DNA from: Lingula anatina
Taxonomy: Eukaryota; Animalia; Brachiopoda
Length of the DNA: 64,000 bases
Assembly (NCBI GenBank): GCA_051362555.1
Contig: CM120649.1
Coordinates: forward strand, 1,364,001-1,428,000
Direction of reading: 5' to 3'
Made by a program: the position numbers and the translations under genes. Of this stretch, positions 10,955-23,656 are shown one piece after another. Position 1 is the first letter of the stretch; the number at the start of each line of letters is the position of its first letter. The notes below the pieces were generated by a model. That model did not search any database. It had not been told where the DNA came from and saw nothing but the letters and a program-made list of their open reading frames with translations.

Positions 10955-12451
10955 CTTGAAAAAAAAAACAAGATGTCAGTAAACAACAACGTGTGTTTAG
11001 CAGCAGTAACAACACTGGTTCAGGTTATACGTCGTGCATCTCAGTTCACAACACACTTGAAGACTCTTAAAATGGTTTTGCATTCTGTATTAAATTATGC
11101 AGTGAGATGATTTTTTTGTTCCTTTGTTTTGTCAGTAAATACAATATATAACTGTATGTAGTCTTATTAGGTACGTTTCTGTGACCTCGTTTGTCAACAG
11201 CAATATATTTGTTTCATTCTGGAATAAAGTTGTCGAAAATTTCATACTAATTTTTTCTGACAGCAGAAAAAAATTACCAAAGCGCCATTGCCCCCGTTTG
11301 TTTCTATGGGCACTAAGATCGGTCTATAATAACAGCACTATCATAACCTAATCCCATCCTTTAAAGTTCAGAAATCATCTTAAATTACCAGGTGTCGGCG
11401 TATTTTCTGTGGCCTTATACTGCCCTAACATTGATACAAGTTGTCCCTTAACAACAATGAACAATAATGAACAAAAGCACGTGGTGCGAATTTGGCATGG
11501 AAATACGCGCATAGATTGGCACTATTAATACACTATTTGTTGTAAAGACACCGGTAAGATTCGGTACACCTTAGCTTATGTTTTCCAAGGGTAGATTTGT
11601 GTAGGAGAAACACTGCTAGTTAATTTGTCAAATGCACAGTGGGTAACAACAGAATTCACAATTTTAGGTCACCCTTCCTCTCCTTAATTTTTTTCTAAGG
11701 TGATCAAAATCCACCAAATTATTTTTCTGGATTTTTTTGCGTTCACCCTCCTCCTCGTCTAATCTTTAATTTATACATTAAAACTTAGGTGGAGCAACAG
11801 AAGCTGAAGAGTAGCTATAATATATGCACTTTTAATTTCGTCTTCCAAATAATGTGTCTACAAGACTGGGCGGGACGCAGGTATGAGAAGGTTTAAAATG
11901 TCTTTGGGCAGACGGAGCATTTACCGCAAGCAATAAGATATGAAGAATGGATTCTTTATTTTACTCAGTCCTTTTTAGTTTTCGTTTCGTAGTTCTAGCA
12001 CCGACCTTATCGTGAAATCGCCACATTAAGCTTTCTTTCTAATTACAGTATCACATTTTGAATTTTCTTCGAGTCACCGTTAACTTCAAAACGCATTCAT
12101 TGCCAACAGTATAGTTTTAAAAACTGGTACGGAACTTAAATAAATAGATTGAGCAACTCTGAATGGATACTCGATGGTCTAAATATTATTTGCACTCATA
12201 TTTGCACTAAGTAAGGCGAGAAAAAGAGACAGCGTAAAGGTGGCTTTTGGCATCATTACACAAACATATTACAAACAGGTTCAGTGTGATATATTTGGTT
12301 ATTCTTGTCTCTCTCATTCTCTCTCTATCCGCCCATTTAAAAAAAAAAAAAGAACAGAACTACTGCCTTGATAAGATGTCACAGGTTCAAGTCTATAACA
12401 GCTCTAAACAAGTAAAAGTGCTGCCAAAAACCTCGGAATATTGTCACTCAC

Positions 12452-12561
12452 CGTAGAACAGAACTCTCGAGACCTCTCCTTGTACTGTATGGTATCCTTA
12501 TTTTCCAGCTCTGGCGTATACTGGATATTTACTATCCGGACCGAGCCGTTAAAACCTATGA
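12452..12561 (-). CDS. Constant exon encoding the SEA domain N-terminus: IIGFNGSVRIVNIQYTPELENKDTIQYKERSREFCST
   Basis: Acceptor gttgtttcttttgtag|TC (phase 1), donor ACG|gtgagt (phase 0); 110 nt. The F-x-G-S-x-R-I...Y-T-P-E-L-x-N...Y-K pattern is typical of SEA N-termini. Confidence 0.87.
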
Positions 12562-12903
12562 CTACAAAAGAAACAACGCAAAGTTTTTAAAACTATTCAT
12601 ATATACATCACAATTTACTATAAAAACCTATAAATTATTTACATTTATTTCAAATATCTTTCTTTTTCTGTTTAACTCAATAATTTCTTTTTTTTATCCA
12701 CATCAAATAAATGTACTTGAAAAAAATACAAAATGGATACAATGGACATCAATCATACACGAATGATTTACAACAATTAAATAGAGGAGATTATTGGAGC
12801 AGATTTAGAGAACAATAAACTGTTATCTTTATTCAGTATTATATACATATCAAATTAATTTGTTGACCATTGGATTACTTTAAACTGACAATGTTCTACT
12901 TAC

Positions 12904-13011
12904 TAATTTCTGTCGTGTTCGGTAGAGCTGTTGTCGTGACGATAGGTGGCACTGTTGGCAGTGGCCTCGTTGTGGCAGTGGTTGTAGACGGTATATCGGC
13001 TGGTACTTTAG
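12904..13011 (-). CDS. Constant exon encoding a juxtamembrane Thr/Pro stalk: AKVPADIPSTTTATTRPLPTVPPIVTTTALPNTTEI
   Basis: Acceptor ttttttcacctacag|CT (phase 1), donor ATT A|gtaagt (phase 1); 108 nt, open and phase-compatible on both sides. Confidence 0.85.
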
Positions 13012-13280
13012 CTGTAGGTGAAAAAATTTGACATATTCGATTCTTTGCTTATTTTCACCATAAGCATTATATTCACATATATTGAAAAGGAGGAGAATAC
13101 CATTCTAACTGAGTTTGGAATTGTCAAAATACCTGATTTTAAAAATATAATCAAATTAATATTTTTGTGTGGCAAAACTAAAAATATCAATTGTTTTAAT
13201 TTTTTCTATCTGCATAATATTTTAGGACCGTCTGAATAGCCCCTTACAGTAAATAGCGCCATCTATCATAAAGAACTCAC

Positions 13281-14943
13281 CAGGTAACGTCAGCAAATAC
13301 ACCATAACAAGGATGGATGCTAATAAAAATAAAAATGTTCCACACAAAATTGCAGACACTAATTTCTTTTTCGAGAATCTTTTCCTTCGAAATTTAATTT
13401 CATTAGGTTCTCCTGAGCCAAAAATTCTATGTCGTCTGCGCGGTGGCGTGTTGATCTGCACATGCGCACTTCCGTCATCGTCATACGAAAAAGAAACAAC
13501 TGGATGAAAAGCACCTGCTTGTAAAGATCCACCTGGGGACTGCGTAATACTGATAGGCTTGTAATAGTAGTTCCTTTCAGAGTCACCACTTTCCTTGTTT
13601 CGAATGTTTGTGCTAAGACGCGAGTCCGCATGCGCAGACACATCATCATCGACTACTTCCGGCATATCATTCTGACTGATTGACGTCACATTAAACGGGA
13701 TTGACGTCATGTTATCCGTGACATCAGCATGTATCCAAGGAGATTGGGAATTGTTTCTATTCAGTGATGCTGAATGTGGGTAAGGAATAAAGACATCCTC
13801 GCTAACACTACTAGAACTTTCACTTTTGTGATCTGCTGATTGCGACACTTCTTGTGACCGGGGTTTGGAGGCTTTCGGAAAGGTGGCAGCACCGAAGTTT
13901 TCGAAAGGATCCGATAAAGACTCCAGACTAGAATCAGAATTGCTAAAATAGGACAATTTCTTTGCAATGGTCCTGCGCCTACTGTCGTCCACCCACGTGT
14001 TCGTGAAAATCTCCCGTACGTCGGGATACCGCTTTTTACCTAAATAAAAGTTCTCAGACGCTGGCTGAGGTCGGTGGGGGTTAAAAGCGGGTCCCGCGCT
14101 TACGTTCCGCCACTTAAAGGGTGGCTCGTCCTGCAACACAGAGAATTTTCCCTCCCATGTGGTAATGCTCCCAAGACGGCGTCCGTTAGGGGCGTACTCC
14201 TCCTCTTCATCTCTCCTCCTGAACAAGTCCTTACTGGAGCGCGTGAGCTGAGGTAGACGATACTCTTGAAAGGGACCATATTGTCGAGCGAACTTCTCTC
14301 TGCTAACTGTCTCTGAGAGAAACGACGGGTAATTCTGCCTGTGTAACCTGTTTAGAGGTTTCGCGTCAGGATTTGGGAGCTGTCCTCCCGTGCTGTCTGT
14401 ACTGGAGTGAGAGTCCGAGTTTGTCTCGCCCGTAGAGCCTCGCTCCCCGCGGCTCTGCGAAGCGGTGGCCTGATCTCCGGCGGACGCTACGTCTTCAGTG
14501 TCTGATTGCCGTCGCAAGCCCCTGTCACTGTGCAGGCTACGACTACGAACCAACCCAGTGGCTTGTATGTTCTCGTGACTAGTTTTTCCTCGGGACGAAG
14601 ACGAGGCTGGCGAATCATCTGCCAGCCCGCTTTCCCCTCGTGACTGTACATCAGGCTCAAAAGCCGCGTTGTCTCGCACCACGTGCCCATTAGGTTTGTG
14701 ATAAAATCCCGAACTCCGCGGTAGCGTTGCAAAAATATCCCTGACGTCGGGATGGAATCCCGTTCCAGCGGAGATTGTGTTGGGCCCTGACGTATTGCCA
14801 TCCCCTCCAAGATGGCGGCGTCCGCCATTACGGTTGCGCCTGTGCCCGACGGCTGTGTAAAATTTCTTGTTGTTGGCGCTCCGATGCGGTAGCGGCTCCC
14901 GTTCCAATAGAAAGCTGCGGCGAATGTAGAATGGATGCTCACC
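13281..14943 (-). CDS. Large constant exon: ~530-aa low-complexity cytoplasmic region plus single TM helix (type II signal anchor)
   Basis: Acceptor tttccatcttctgtcgttacag|GGT GAG CAT (phase 0), donor CCT G|gtgagt (phase 1); 1663 nt open (ORF 13222..14907). Basic RRKRFSKKK precedes the hydrophobic LVSAILCGTFLFLLASILVMVYLLTLP (~13362-13282), predicting N-in/C-out topology. No in-frame ATG for ~400 codons, so the start probably lies in an upstream exon. Confidence 0.85.
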
Positions 14944-17900
14944 CTGTAACGACAGAAGATGGAAATGTCAACACCGTTAAATAATGGGAGCTGACTGCCC
15001 GTACTGTCTGGACGGGATAATACTTAATTAATGAAAAAATGTTAAGGAAATATTTATTTTGCAAAAATTACACCAGAATCATCTCACTTATGTCCAAACT
15101 ACCATATGCACCAACTGTTATACCGCGTATAACAATTAAAGCCGTCGTTAAACACATCATTTTGTAAGGCACATTGATATAACATTGAATGCGCCCTATA
15201 AAAAAACTTATCAACATCAAGAAAGTATCACCAAATTATTTGTTATGAGGACTTAACTGATACGCAAAGAATCCGACTGAATTGAATTTTGAATAATGGG
15301 ACGTAAAATAGACGTTGCTAAGATTTGTGTAGACTTTCACACCAGGTGTTAGGGAAGTGAATTCTATGTGGGGTAACCCCTCTGAAAAGAAACTAACGGA
15401 GGTAAGGGGGGGGGGTTCTGCTTCCTGTCCTTATTACTGAAGTGGTTAAAAGAAGTGGGAAGATTAACCCCCCTTGCCCTGTCCCCCCGACACACGCACA
15501 CACACACACACACACGCACACAGACACACACACACACGGGCTCCTTTGCCTATGATTTGTTTGGTCTGGGTTTGTTGGCTGTCCTATATGTAGGTTCAGT
15601 TCACTTGTTCGTCTTTCGTTAATCTCCAATATGTAAATAGAACTTGAAGTGATCCTGCTATTCTGTTTAACGTTATCCACACTGGCAGCTCATTCTCTTC
15701 ACTGTTTAGTATTACCATAATCCTTTAAGCTGACTTTAAGTTTAAGACGGGCGGAGCTGCGTCTGGGCAGCGAATCTCTTTACAAAAAACACACATCTCT
15801 TGATTCTATTTAGCTGTGACTGCCTGGCCGCGGCCCGCGTTACAGTAATCTGCTTGCTGTAATTGACAGCACGAAAATGCAGATAGGATATTTGAAAACG
15901 AAATTATCCAGCAATAGTACAGCACCGAGAGCATCTACAAAGCAATATTTAACTTGTTTCATTGCCTCCGTTTTTCTTTTTTTTTTCACTCATGCCTTAA
16001 GGCTTAAGGTAAAACTTCTTTTTTCGATCAACAAACAAGATAAAATTCAAATGCAAACGCTACTGTCATCTAAACCAAAAGGGAGTCAACAATAACGTTA
16101 AAATGTATATTTATCATGGAGGGAAATAGTCACAGAAGCTACAAATAAAAGTACATTACCAAAAGGCCAGGCAACAAGATCGTTAACACCAGCTGGGACA
16201 ACGCACGCGAAGTCCACCCTCGCTTCGGGCAAATACACTGACCAAAGTCACCTTGCGCTGTGCCATAAATCCGGTCACTTGGCACACACACTGGTCAAGT
16301 GAAATTGTTGTAATTTTTGCGCCGTTTCACTGTCGAAAATAATCGGGTTGTCGTTTAAAAGAAATATTTTGCAAATGAATAAGCTACAACGGATTCAGGG
16401 ATTTGAGAAAATGGAGGGGGGGGGGGGTACAAGGATAAAAATATATAAATATATAACAGAAGATGATGGCAGTTTACTATTTGAGGGCGCGGGATAGAAA
16501 AATGGTTTCTTTGAGAGAGAGAGAGAGTACTCGGTAAGCAATGTGTATATTATGAATTTTTAATAATTATCAGTATATCACTGGTTAGTCATTTAGCAAT
16601 GTCTGTCGACTTCGGGTGCGTTCACATATAAGCTAGGTCGACTATTCTGTGGGCAGCACTTCTACAAACCTTAAAATCCCGGTAACGCAACAACAGCTAG
16701 GCAAGTCAAGCGGGTTATTCTCCACTTCCCTACAACACATACCTGTTCAGGTGCCTCTTTAAAACATTTTCTCGATATCAGCTACTTCCCTGTGGCTTAT
16801 CGGTACCTCAATATGAATTACTTTCTGAATTATTAATTGATATTCACCAGTGTAAATTCGGAATCGAAATAAAAAATGTCAGTTTTTTTTCTGACCTTGA
16901 TTCAACAAAGTTACTGCCTGTGGTTTGATTTTCTCACTTTCATTCTAACAAGATACTTCCCAAGTATTTACTTGATTAAAAACGAGTTTTGGTGTAGTTG
17001 GAAATTGTATCAAATTCAAAGTAACAATCAGTCCTCTTTGCGTTTAGTTTATCTAATCTGATTTGAGTGCTAGGTTCATTTCATCATAATCTAACTCATA
17101 ACAACAATATATATAAAATTAATCTTGATTCCATACCAAACAAGGTCCCCTGTTCACATCTTACGATAAAGGAATATCTTTAATAATGTCAAAAATTAAG
17201 ATACAGGTTTACTGTAATTGCAAATGCGTCTTCTAAAGGTGAATTTTCCATACAACAAAAATAGAATGTTTTTTTTTTTTTCTGAATCAAACTTGGCGTT
17301 AAATACACAATCTTTATTTTACAAAAAAAAAAAAGCCAGATTGGAGATAGACAGATAGAGCAGAGATTGTACCAGTGACCCGTCAATAGTTCTTTCAGTC
17401 AAAAAACAGTCACTTTCACAATATCCAGTCTGTTAAAGACGAGTCACTATCTGGCGGAACTGTAAACTCACTGTTGGACCGCTGCTCGTACTTAACGCGC
17501 GACTAAGCACGTGCCGCGCAAACACATATTACAATCTCGTTAAGATGGGTGGTGCCTCCGTTGAGGCACTGGACTGTGAACCCCAAATCTGTCTAATAAC
17601 TGGTCAGTTACAATGAGATGGACACAGAGATATTGTCCGATGTGTTATTACATCCCTAGAGTGTCCAGAACTTGCCACAAGCGGGTAACACAACTGCCAA
17701 CTACAACTAGGTAGCCACTGGACAGCGGCTGCATTCACACGAGAACTTAAAGACCGAAAGTTGGTCATAACTTTAAGACCCTCTACTATATAATAGATAC
17801 CCTCGGTGTACGTGGATTGACCCAACCTTGCGCTCACTCTCGCTCAGTGCGACCAGCTAACCTGAATGACGCGTTTCCTCTTGTTTTACTTCCAACGTAC

Positions 17901-17947
17901 TCTTACAATACAGCTTTTCTGTATTCTTCTTAACGTCAGGAAGAGGT

Positions 17948-18077
17948 CCTCTACCAGGGCCACAGATTGATTTTCACTACATATTCACAGATAATGTCAC
18001 CCGTTAAATAACGTGACTTTTCTGCACTGTCGCATCTGAGAAAAGTGCACATTATAAAATCTGCGGCCCTGGAAGAG
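17948..18077. mobile_element. MITE family 3 diverged copy
   Basis: cctctaccagggccacagattgattttcac...atattcacagata...aatctgcggccctggaagag; shares TIRs and left interior with the 22631 copy. Confidence 0.6.
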
Positions 18078-18158
18078 ATTATCCTTAATTATCTTTATTA
18101 TTTAATGGATACCCATATAACCAAGAATACTGCCTCAACGAAAAAAGGAAAAACTCAC

Positions 18159-18164
18159 CAGCAT
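18159..18164 (-). CDS. Candidate first coding micro-exon (Met-Leu) for the SEA/CBM14 gene
   Basis: ATG CTG|gtgagt: perfect donor, phase 0, matches the 14943 acceptor. No other support. Confidence 0.3.
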
Positions 18165-19670
18165 TAGTCCAACATAGCCCTTTTTTTTCAAAATTTCTTC
18201 AGATGATCACACCCCGCTGTCAAGTTGTTTTTCTTTAACTAAATATTCAACATCAAATAAACCCTGGCAGAGGTCTTATCCCAGCATGCCCCAGAAAAAT
18301 AGAAATGACATGAAAAAAGGAGAATGGGGCACAGAAAACAAACCCTCCCGGGGCGTGGATTTCTATCTCACGGGTAGATCCATATGTTAAACTAAGACCC
18401 TGTCATTGTGACAGATTTCACTTCAATGGAACCATTAACCTGACGATGGGGAAGTCGAGGGGGGGGGGGGGTCAGCACTCCCATTCCAGGCACACATCGT
18501 CAAGTACCTTTAACCCTGAAGACCATAGAATACTGTCACGACACTGTACCCTGATGAAGATGCGTATAAAAACGCCGGCAGTTACCGTATACCCAGGGTG
18601 ACACATACTGCCATCGTGTCAGGGAAGTACTCTTGGGGACAAAATTACAAATGACATAGGCTAACATAAAAACCATGTACTTTAAGACCATTCCCGTTGG
18701 TTTTGTCTGCTGTTTTGACGACTGTCATTTGTCACCTTGTCTATTAAGGAAGAGGACAACATGTGTTTTGTGTCACAAAAACCAGTAGGAAGATGACATT
18801 CACATCTCTAAACGTCAAGCAATAATGATAATGCGTTACATCATTTAGTTGTGTGGCAATGCCCCTACATATATTGTTTACAGAGATTTGTGAGTTATCG
18901 GACTTCGTGCGCAAAATGCCACGGAATTGCTGTGTGGAATGTGTTTCGCCGTCCAATGAGACACGCCAGTGGAAAACAAGATGGATATAAATGTGAATCT
19001 TGGCGCTGGCGAGTCTGTCGAAAACGATGACAATTCGTCAGCGATCTACCCATAAACGTCCCTAACGATTTGTAGCGCCGGTAACCTTGTTTTGTTAATT
19101 GTTAATTGTTTTCACAGCGAATTCGACATATAATGTGTTATTTTTTTCGCTTTTTTTTTTCAGTGGCGGGAAAATCGTCGACCGGTGAATCACTGTCTGA
19201 CGCTTAAGGCGCTTCCACAAGACAATGCAAGAGTGGTTAACATCTGAATAAATAATTCGTCCTAACTGAAGTTGACAGTTTCTTCATCACAATCATACCA
19301 TCACAACAATTAAACAGTGCTTGACTTAGCAAAAAATAATACTTCTTTTTTATCAAAAATAATTTGCTAATGTTTTAGTTTGGTAGAAAATTTATTTAGT
19401 GGACTGTTGGGAATTTAGCTACGTTGCAGTAGGGCAATTTCAATAAATATGACTATTTTTGTCTCAAATATTAAGACAGATTTTGGGGCTAAAGTTTTTC
19501 CATCAAACTGGCTCCCAGGTCCCAGTTTCACAAAAAAGTCGGTTCTGTGGTTAGTTGACTAAGATATCCACGAGAGAGTTGTGACGTTATTCTTGATGGG
19601 ATAAAATGTGTGCATTTGTCCATGTAACGTTGGTAACAAAGATTTTAGCTAGGAAACTGACTAAAGGTTG

Positions 19671-19701
<31 letters not shown>

Positions 19702-20324
19702 ACACTGGCTCAAGAGGTACAAGGAGTGGATGTTTTTTCCCCTAAAACCTCCCCCACACGTGTACATTTATCCTCTCTTGTCATAATCTTGCCGTGTCCA
19801 ATGTCATGGTTGTCTAGTTCTTGTCATAACGCCCTCTTTACATACACTGCAGTGTCATCTCACTTATCTGGACAAGATACGAAAATGATACCATGCTTTG
19901 AGCAACGGGGTCGGATTTCGAATTTGTCTATCTTTCTAATCTTTCTAGCGTACGAAAGTACTGATGCCTGGGTTCATATTGCGAAAAACCAAACGTTTGC
20001 ACCAAAGTGAAGCCAGAAGTCAAAATGCATTCAGGTTTTTTTTCTTCCTAAAGTTATTTTCAAAACTGTTTTAGTTAACCCATACCCATACCTGTTTACC
20101 CCCGTGTCATAAGTCTAGTCTTTTTTCTGTCCTATTTAACCGCCCTCTTCCAACTGGCCTGTCACGTGAAGAAAGGGGATAAATTGGTGTCTAATGATTA
20201 AGGGTTGGGGTCTGGATGACAAACGTGATCTCCGCGGACGTGCCAGCCAGAACTAGACAGATAATAATGGTGTCAGTGACACAGAAGTGGACAACAGGAT
20301 GACAAGATACCCTATCTGCACTTA

Positions 20325-20528
20325 GACCCCATTTCCATAGATTTTAGATCGATCTATCCCTGTGGGGAGTCTCACTAGATTACTGCCAGCTTAGCCGGCT
20401 TAAGCGTCTGTCCCGCCTACTGAAAGCTGTAAGGGGGTAATTAACTATGGTGCGCGCTCGGCTGACTGGGAGTTAGGTCGATCTAAATCTTAATCCCTGG
20501 ATCGATCTAAATCTCTGGGAACACACCC
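20325..20528. mobile_element. Palindromic MITE family 1, copy 1 (PIF/Harbinger-like, TTA TSD)
   Basis: TTA|GACCCCATTTCCATAGATTTTAGATCGATC...GATCGATCTAAATCTCTGGGAACACACCC|TTA. Interior is homologous to the copies at 22132 and 35315. Confidence 0.85.
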
Positions 20529-20632
20529 TTAGACTTGTGTCGTTGATTTTGTGGAAAACGATGACCAACGCCGTAAAAAGTGGAAGGAAAGGGTGTAACA
20601 CGCGGACAAGTACACACACGTGCGCGTGCGCG

Positions 20633-20682
<50 letters not shown>

Positions 20683-21358
20683 AAAGACACCTCAGTTTTC
20701 AAAACCATCGCGAATTCCTTTCCACAACAGGAATACAACAGGGACTCGCACATTCCCAGACGTTTTCCCTGAAAACGAACAGTTTCCCACACGCGGTACC
20801 GACATCCCCCACCAGATGTGATCAAATTATTTATGATCTCGTTCCACAAAACCCAAAATAAAACCAAGTTCAATACGCCCTAAAACGTCTGCTATATTTT
20901 TCAGGCAGTAAAAAAAAATGTTATTCGCGGACGGCCGGAAAAAAGCGAAGAAAAAGCAATTTTTCTCATCAAAGTCGGGTACACGAGGCCTGTGTATTTC
21001 GCAGCCAGGTGCTTTTCTTCACGTTGTTCGCCTGTCAGATTCCCGTCGCCTGAGTATTAAAAACATAGAGATTAGATATTTACTTTGGTAGTTTTGCTAA
21101 GCTCAAGTAGAAAGAAAGGGTAATCTGGGGATTATGAGGCCACGACAACGCCCTTGATACAACAAACACGGGTCGTAATAGATTGGACTTGGTAGTTGAC
21201 GTTATTTTTTTCTGAGGAGACACCTTGCCATTCTCGGTTTTAAAACTGAACTGTCTCTGAATGCTACAATGTCATTCCAGTAACCCGATACCCCCAGTTA
21301 CCCCACACTCCCAGTCACCCGGCATCCCCCCCCCCTTTCCCCCCGGCACTCGGCTCAC

Positions 21359-21364
21359 CGCCAT
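21359..21364 (-). CDS. Best candidate first coding exon (Met-Ala) for the SEA/CBM14 gene, giving MAGEHPFYIRR...
   Basis: caagATGGCG|gtgagc (YY1-type CAAGATGGCG start context, phase 0 donor). TATA-like CATATAAG ~50 nt upstream (~21413-21420). G-runs immediately inside the intron (21280-21345). Confidence 0.5.
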
Positions 21365-22131
21365 CTTGATGTGGCACGCGACTCCGCTCCGCCAGGGGGT
21401 GGAAACGCGCTACTTATATGATTAAGATGAGCCTGGCCGTCAGTACCGGATATTGTTTTGTGACCTTGAGGAGAAATTAGGCTCGGTGGTTGCAGCACGC
21501 ATGAACAGTAGTTGAACTACCACACCTGGGTCTTTTGTTTTTGACAACTGTTCACTCGTCATCGAGGCGCTTGTTCAAGATTACAGGCTGATATCTACTA
21601 GTACTACCAGTGGCTTCATTAGTAACGTTCCCACAATACTTAGTTTTCTGTCTGTGCGTACATACCCTGAAAAAAGCCAGCCTCGCTAACGAGAACAATG
21701 GACGTTTCTCACCCCTCTCTAGGATTACCCCTGGCTCCGCGTATTTTCGGATCTATTTCTCGCTGATTAGGCACTGCGATTGAGGATATAGATGATACGA
21801 ACAAAAATCAGATACTGTCCTAGCAGAGGGTATCGCAAGGTGAGGTAATCGACGGGATGAGTTTATTTGTACTATCTGGTCGTGTAAGCAGGGTTATCGC
21901 ATGAACAGCGAACTTTGCTCTCTCTCTCTCCCCCCCCCCCCCCTCTCTCTCTCTCTCTCTAGGATATACCGCCACTTAGCTGTGGAGGCAAAACGACAGA
22001 TACGCCAATGTGATGAAACGGTATTTAATCTTATTGGTAAACAAAGGTTGCAGACTCCTGTTGTTATTGAAGAACTAATTCGAAGCCACAAGCGTGATTA
22101 TTTTACGTGAGTGCGATCAGGGTTCAAATTA

Positions 22132-22345
22132 GGGCGCATTCCCATAGATTTTAGATCGATCTATCCCCGTGGGGAGTCTCACTAGATTACTGTCAGGTAA
22201 TCCGGCTTAAATGTCCGTCCCGCCTACTACAAGCTGTAAGGGGGTAATTAACTTTCGTGCCTGCTCGGCTGACACCTATTTAGCGTGAACCCCCATGGAG
22301 TTAGGTCGATCTAGTTGGATCGATCTCATCTCTGGGAATGGGGTC
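22132..22345. mobile_element. MITE family 1, copy 2 (TTA TSD)
   Basis: TTA|GGGCGCATTCCCATAGA...TCTCTGGGAATGGGGTC|TTA; near-identical interior to 35315-35529. Confidence 0.88.
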
Positions 22346-22630
22346 TTAGTCTGATAATTAAGACCACAAATAACAGTGTACTTTTGAACTAGAAGGAAGT
22401 GATCGGCTAATATAAAGTAAATTTTTAGCAGTATAAATATATTTCTTCTTATTAAACAAGTGGAGTATTACTGATCTATCTTAAGTCAAAAAACTCATTC
22501 ACAATGAAACTATCGTTCTATGGAGATCGACCTAATACCGCGGGGACTCTCGCTGATTGCAGTCAGATCAACAGATCAACACACCTTCTAATGACGATCA
22601 CTAAGAGCAGAAAAGCTGGTGATTATATAA

Positions 22631-22765
22631 TACCCTCTACCAGGGCGATAGATTGATTTTTCACAAAATATTCACAGATATGTCTTTAGATAAATAGACA
22701 GTCATTTCAGTCTCTGTTCTTTTTGTTTTTTTTTTCTATAATATCTGCCACCCTGGTAGCGGGTA
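22631..22765. mobile_element. Short MITE family 3 (~130 bp, TA at both ends)
   Basis: TACCCTCTACCAGGGCGATAGAT...ATCTGCCACCCTGGTAGCGGGTA; related copies at 17948-18077 and 23529-23656. Confidence 0.7.
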
Positions 22766-23528
22766 GTGTTTACATGAGTCCGTTGGAAGTGCAGACGTGT
22801 AAATCTGTTACTAAGTAACATGACTGCATTCCTCAGCAAGAGTTCCCACGACATTGTTAAAAGATAGTTTCAGTGGAAAAGGACTAAAGTTTTAGTCCAC
22901 AAGTTTAGACATTAATTCGGCTTAATGTTATCTTGTGAAAGCGGTCTCCGCTGCAGTATTGAGCACTCGATTGAGAAGTTGACTTGCTGTCGCATAACAG
23001 ACTCAAACTATAACTTCAGCAGCGCACTTTGCTCTCTCTCTCCGCAGCAGTGGAACGATAAACATGCCAATCGAATAAGACACGATTAAATTTAATTGGT
23101 AAACAAAGGACACGGTCTGTTTGCGTTCTAAGTGTTAAAGACCGGTTTCGGAATACGACTATAGCCTGAGCATTGGTCTAAACATTTAGATCCAAAATTA
23201 AATCTACTCCAATGCAAGATTAATATACAAAGAAACAATGAACATTTCCACATGAAAAACACAAATTCGTTACCAAATGCATAAACTGAGCCAGTGTGTT
23301 ATTTTTTTCGTGAAGAAAAAATATGATGAAATTCATAAAATCTCGTGCCGCGAGCAAAACGCCCAACTGAAATATAGTCCCCCGCCCTGAAAAATGTATC
23401 AAAATAAAGTCTGTGTAACTTTAACGGTTTTATCACGTAAAATGAAACATTTCGAGCGCACGCGAGATGACGAAGTGGCTCCCGGGCAGCACCTCATACC
23501 CCGTCCCTGCCTGACGGTGCTCTATTCC

Positions 23529-23656
23529 TACCCATTCCCTGGGTGGCAGATATTATGGGGAAATTTTGAAAAAGACAGAGAATGACAGGGATGAAATGAC
23601 TGTCTGTTTATCTAAAGACATCTGTGTAAACCCTGCCCCTGCCTGGCGGTGCCGTA
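23529..23656. mobile_element. MITE family 3 copy, inverted relative to 22631-22765
   Basis: gggtggcagatattat...gaaatgactgtctgtttatctaaagacatctgtg is the reverse complement of the 22631 copy interior. Confidence 0.65.

Noticed and set aside
16160-16290. Exon-like segment with a hydrophobic frame (ALSQLVLTILLPGLL|gtaatg) resembling a signal peptide
   Set aside because: No ATG in that frame before an upstream TGA, the nearby ATG frame stops early, the donor is weak, and a signal peptide conflicts with the type II topology.
19517-19712. Possible further Harbinger-like MITE (ggtcccagtttcacaaaa...ttttatgacactggctc)
   Set aside because: TIRs are degenerate, the TSD is unclear and there is no second copy in the window.
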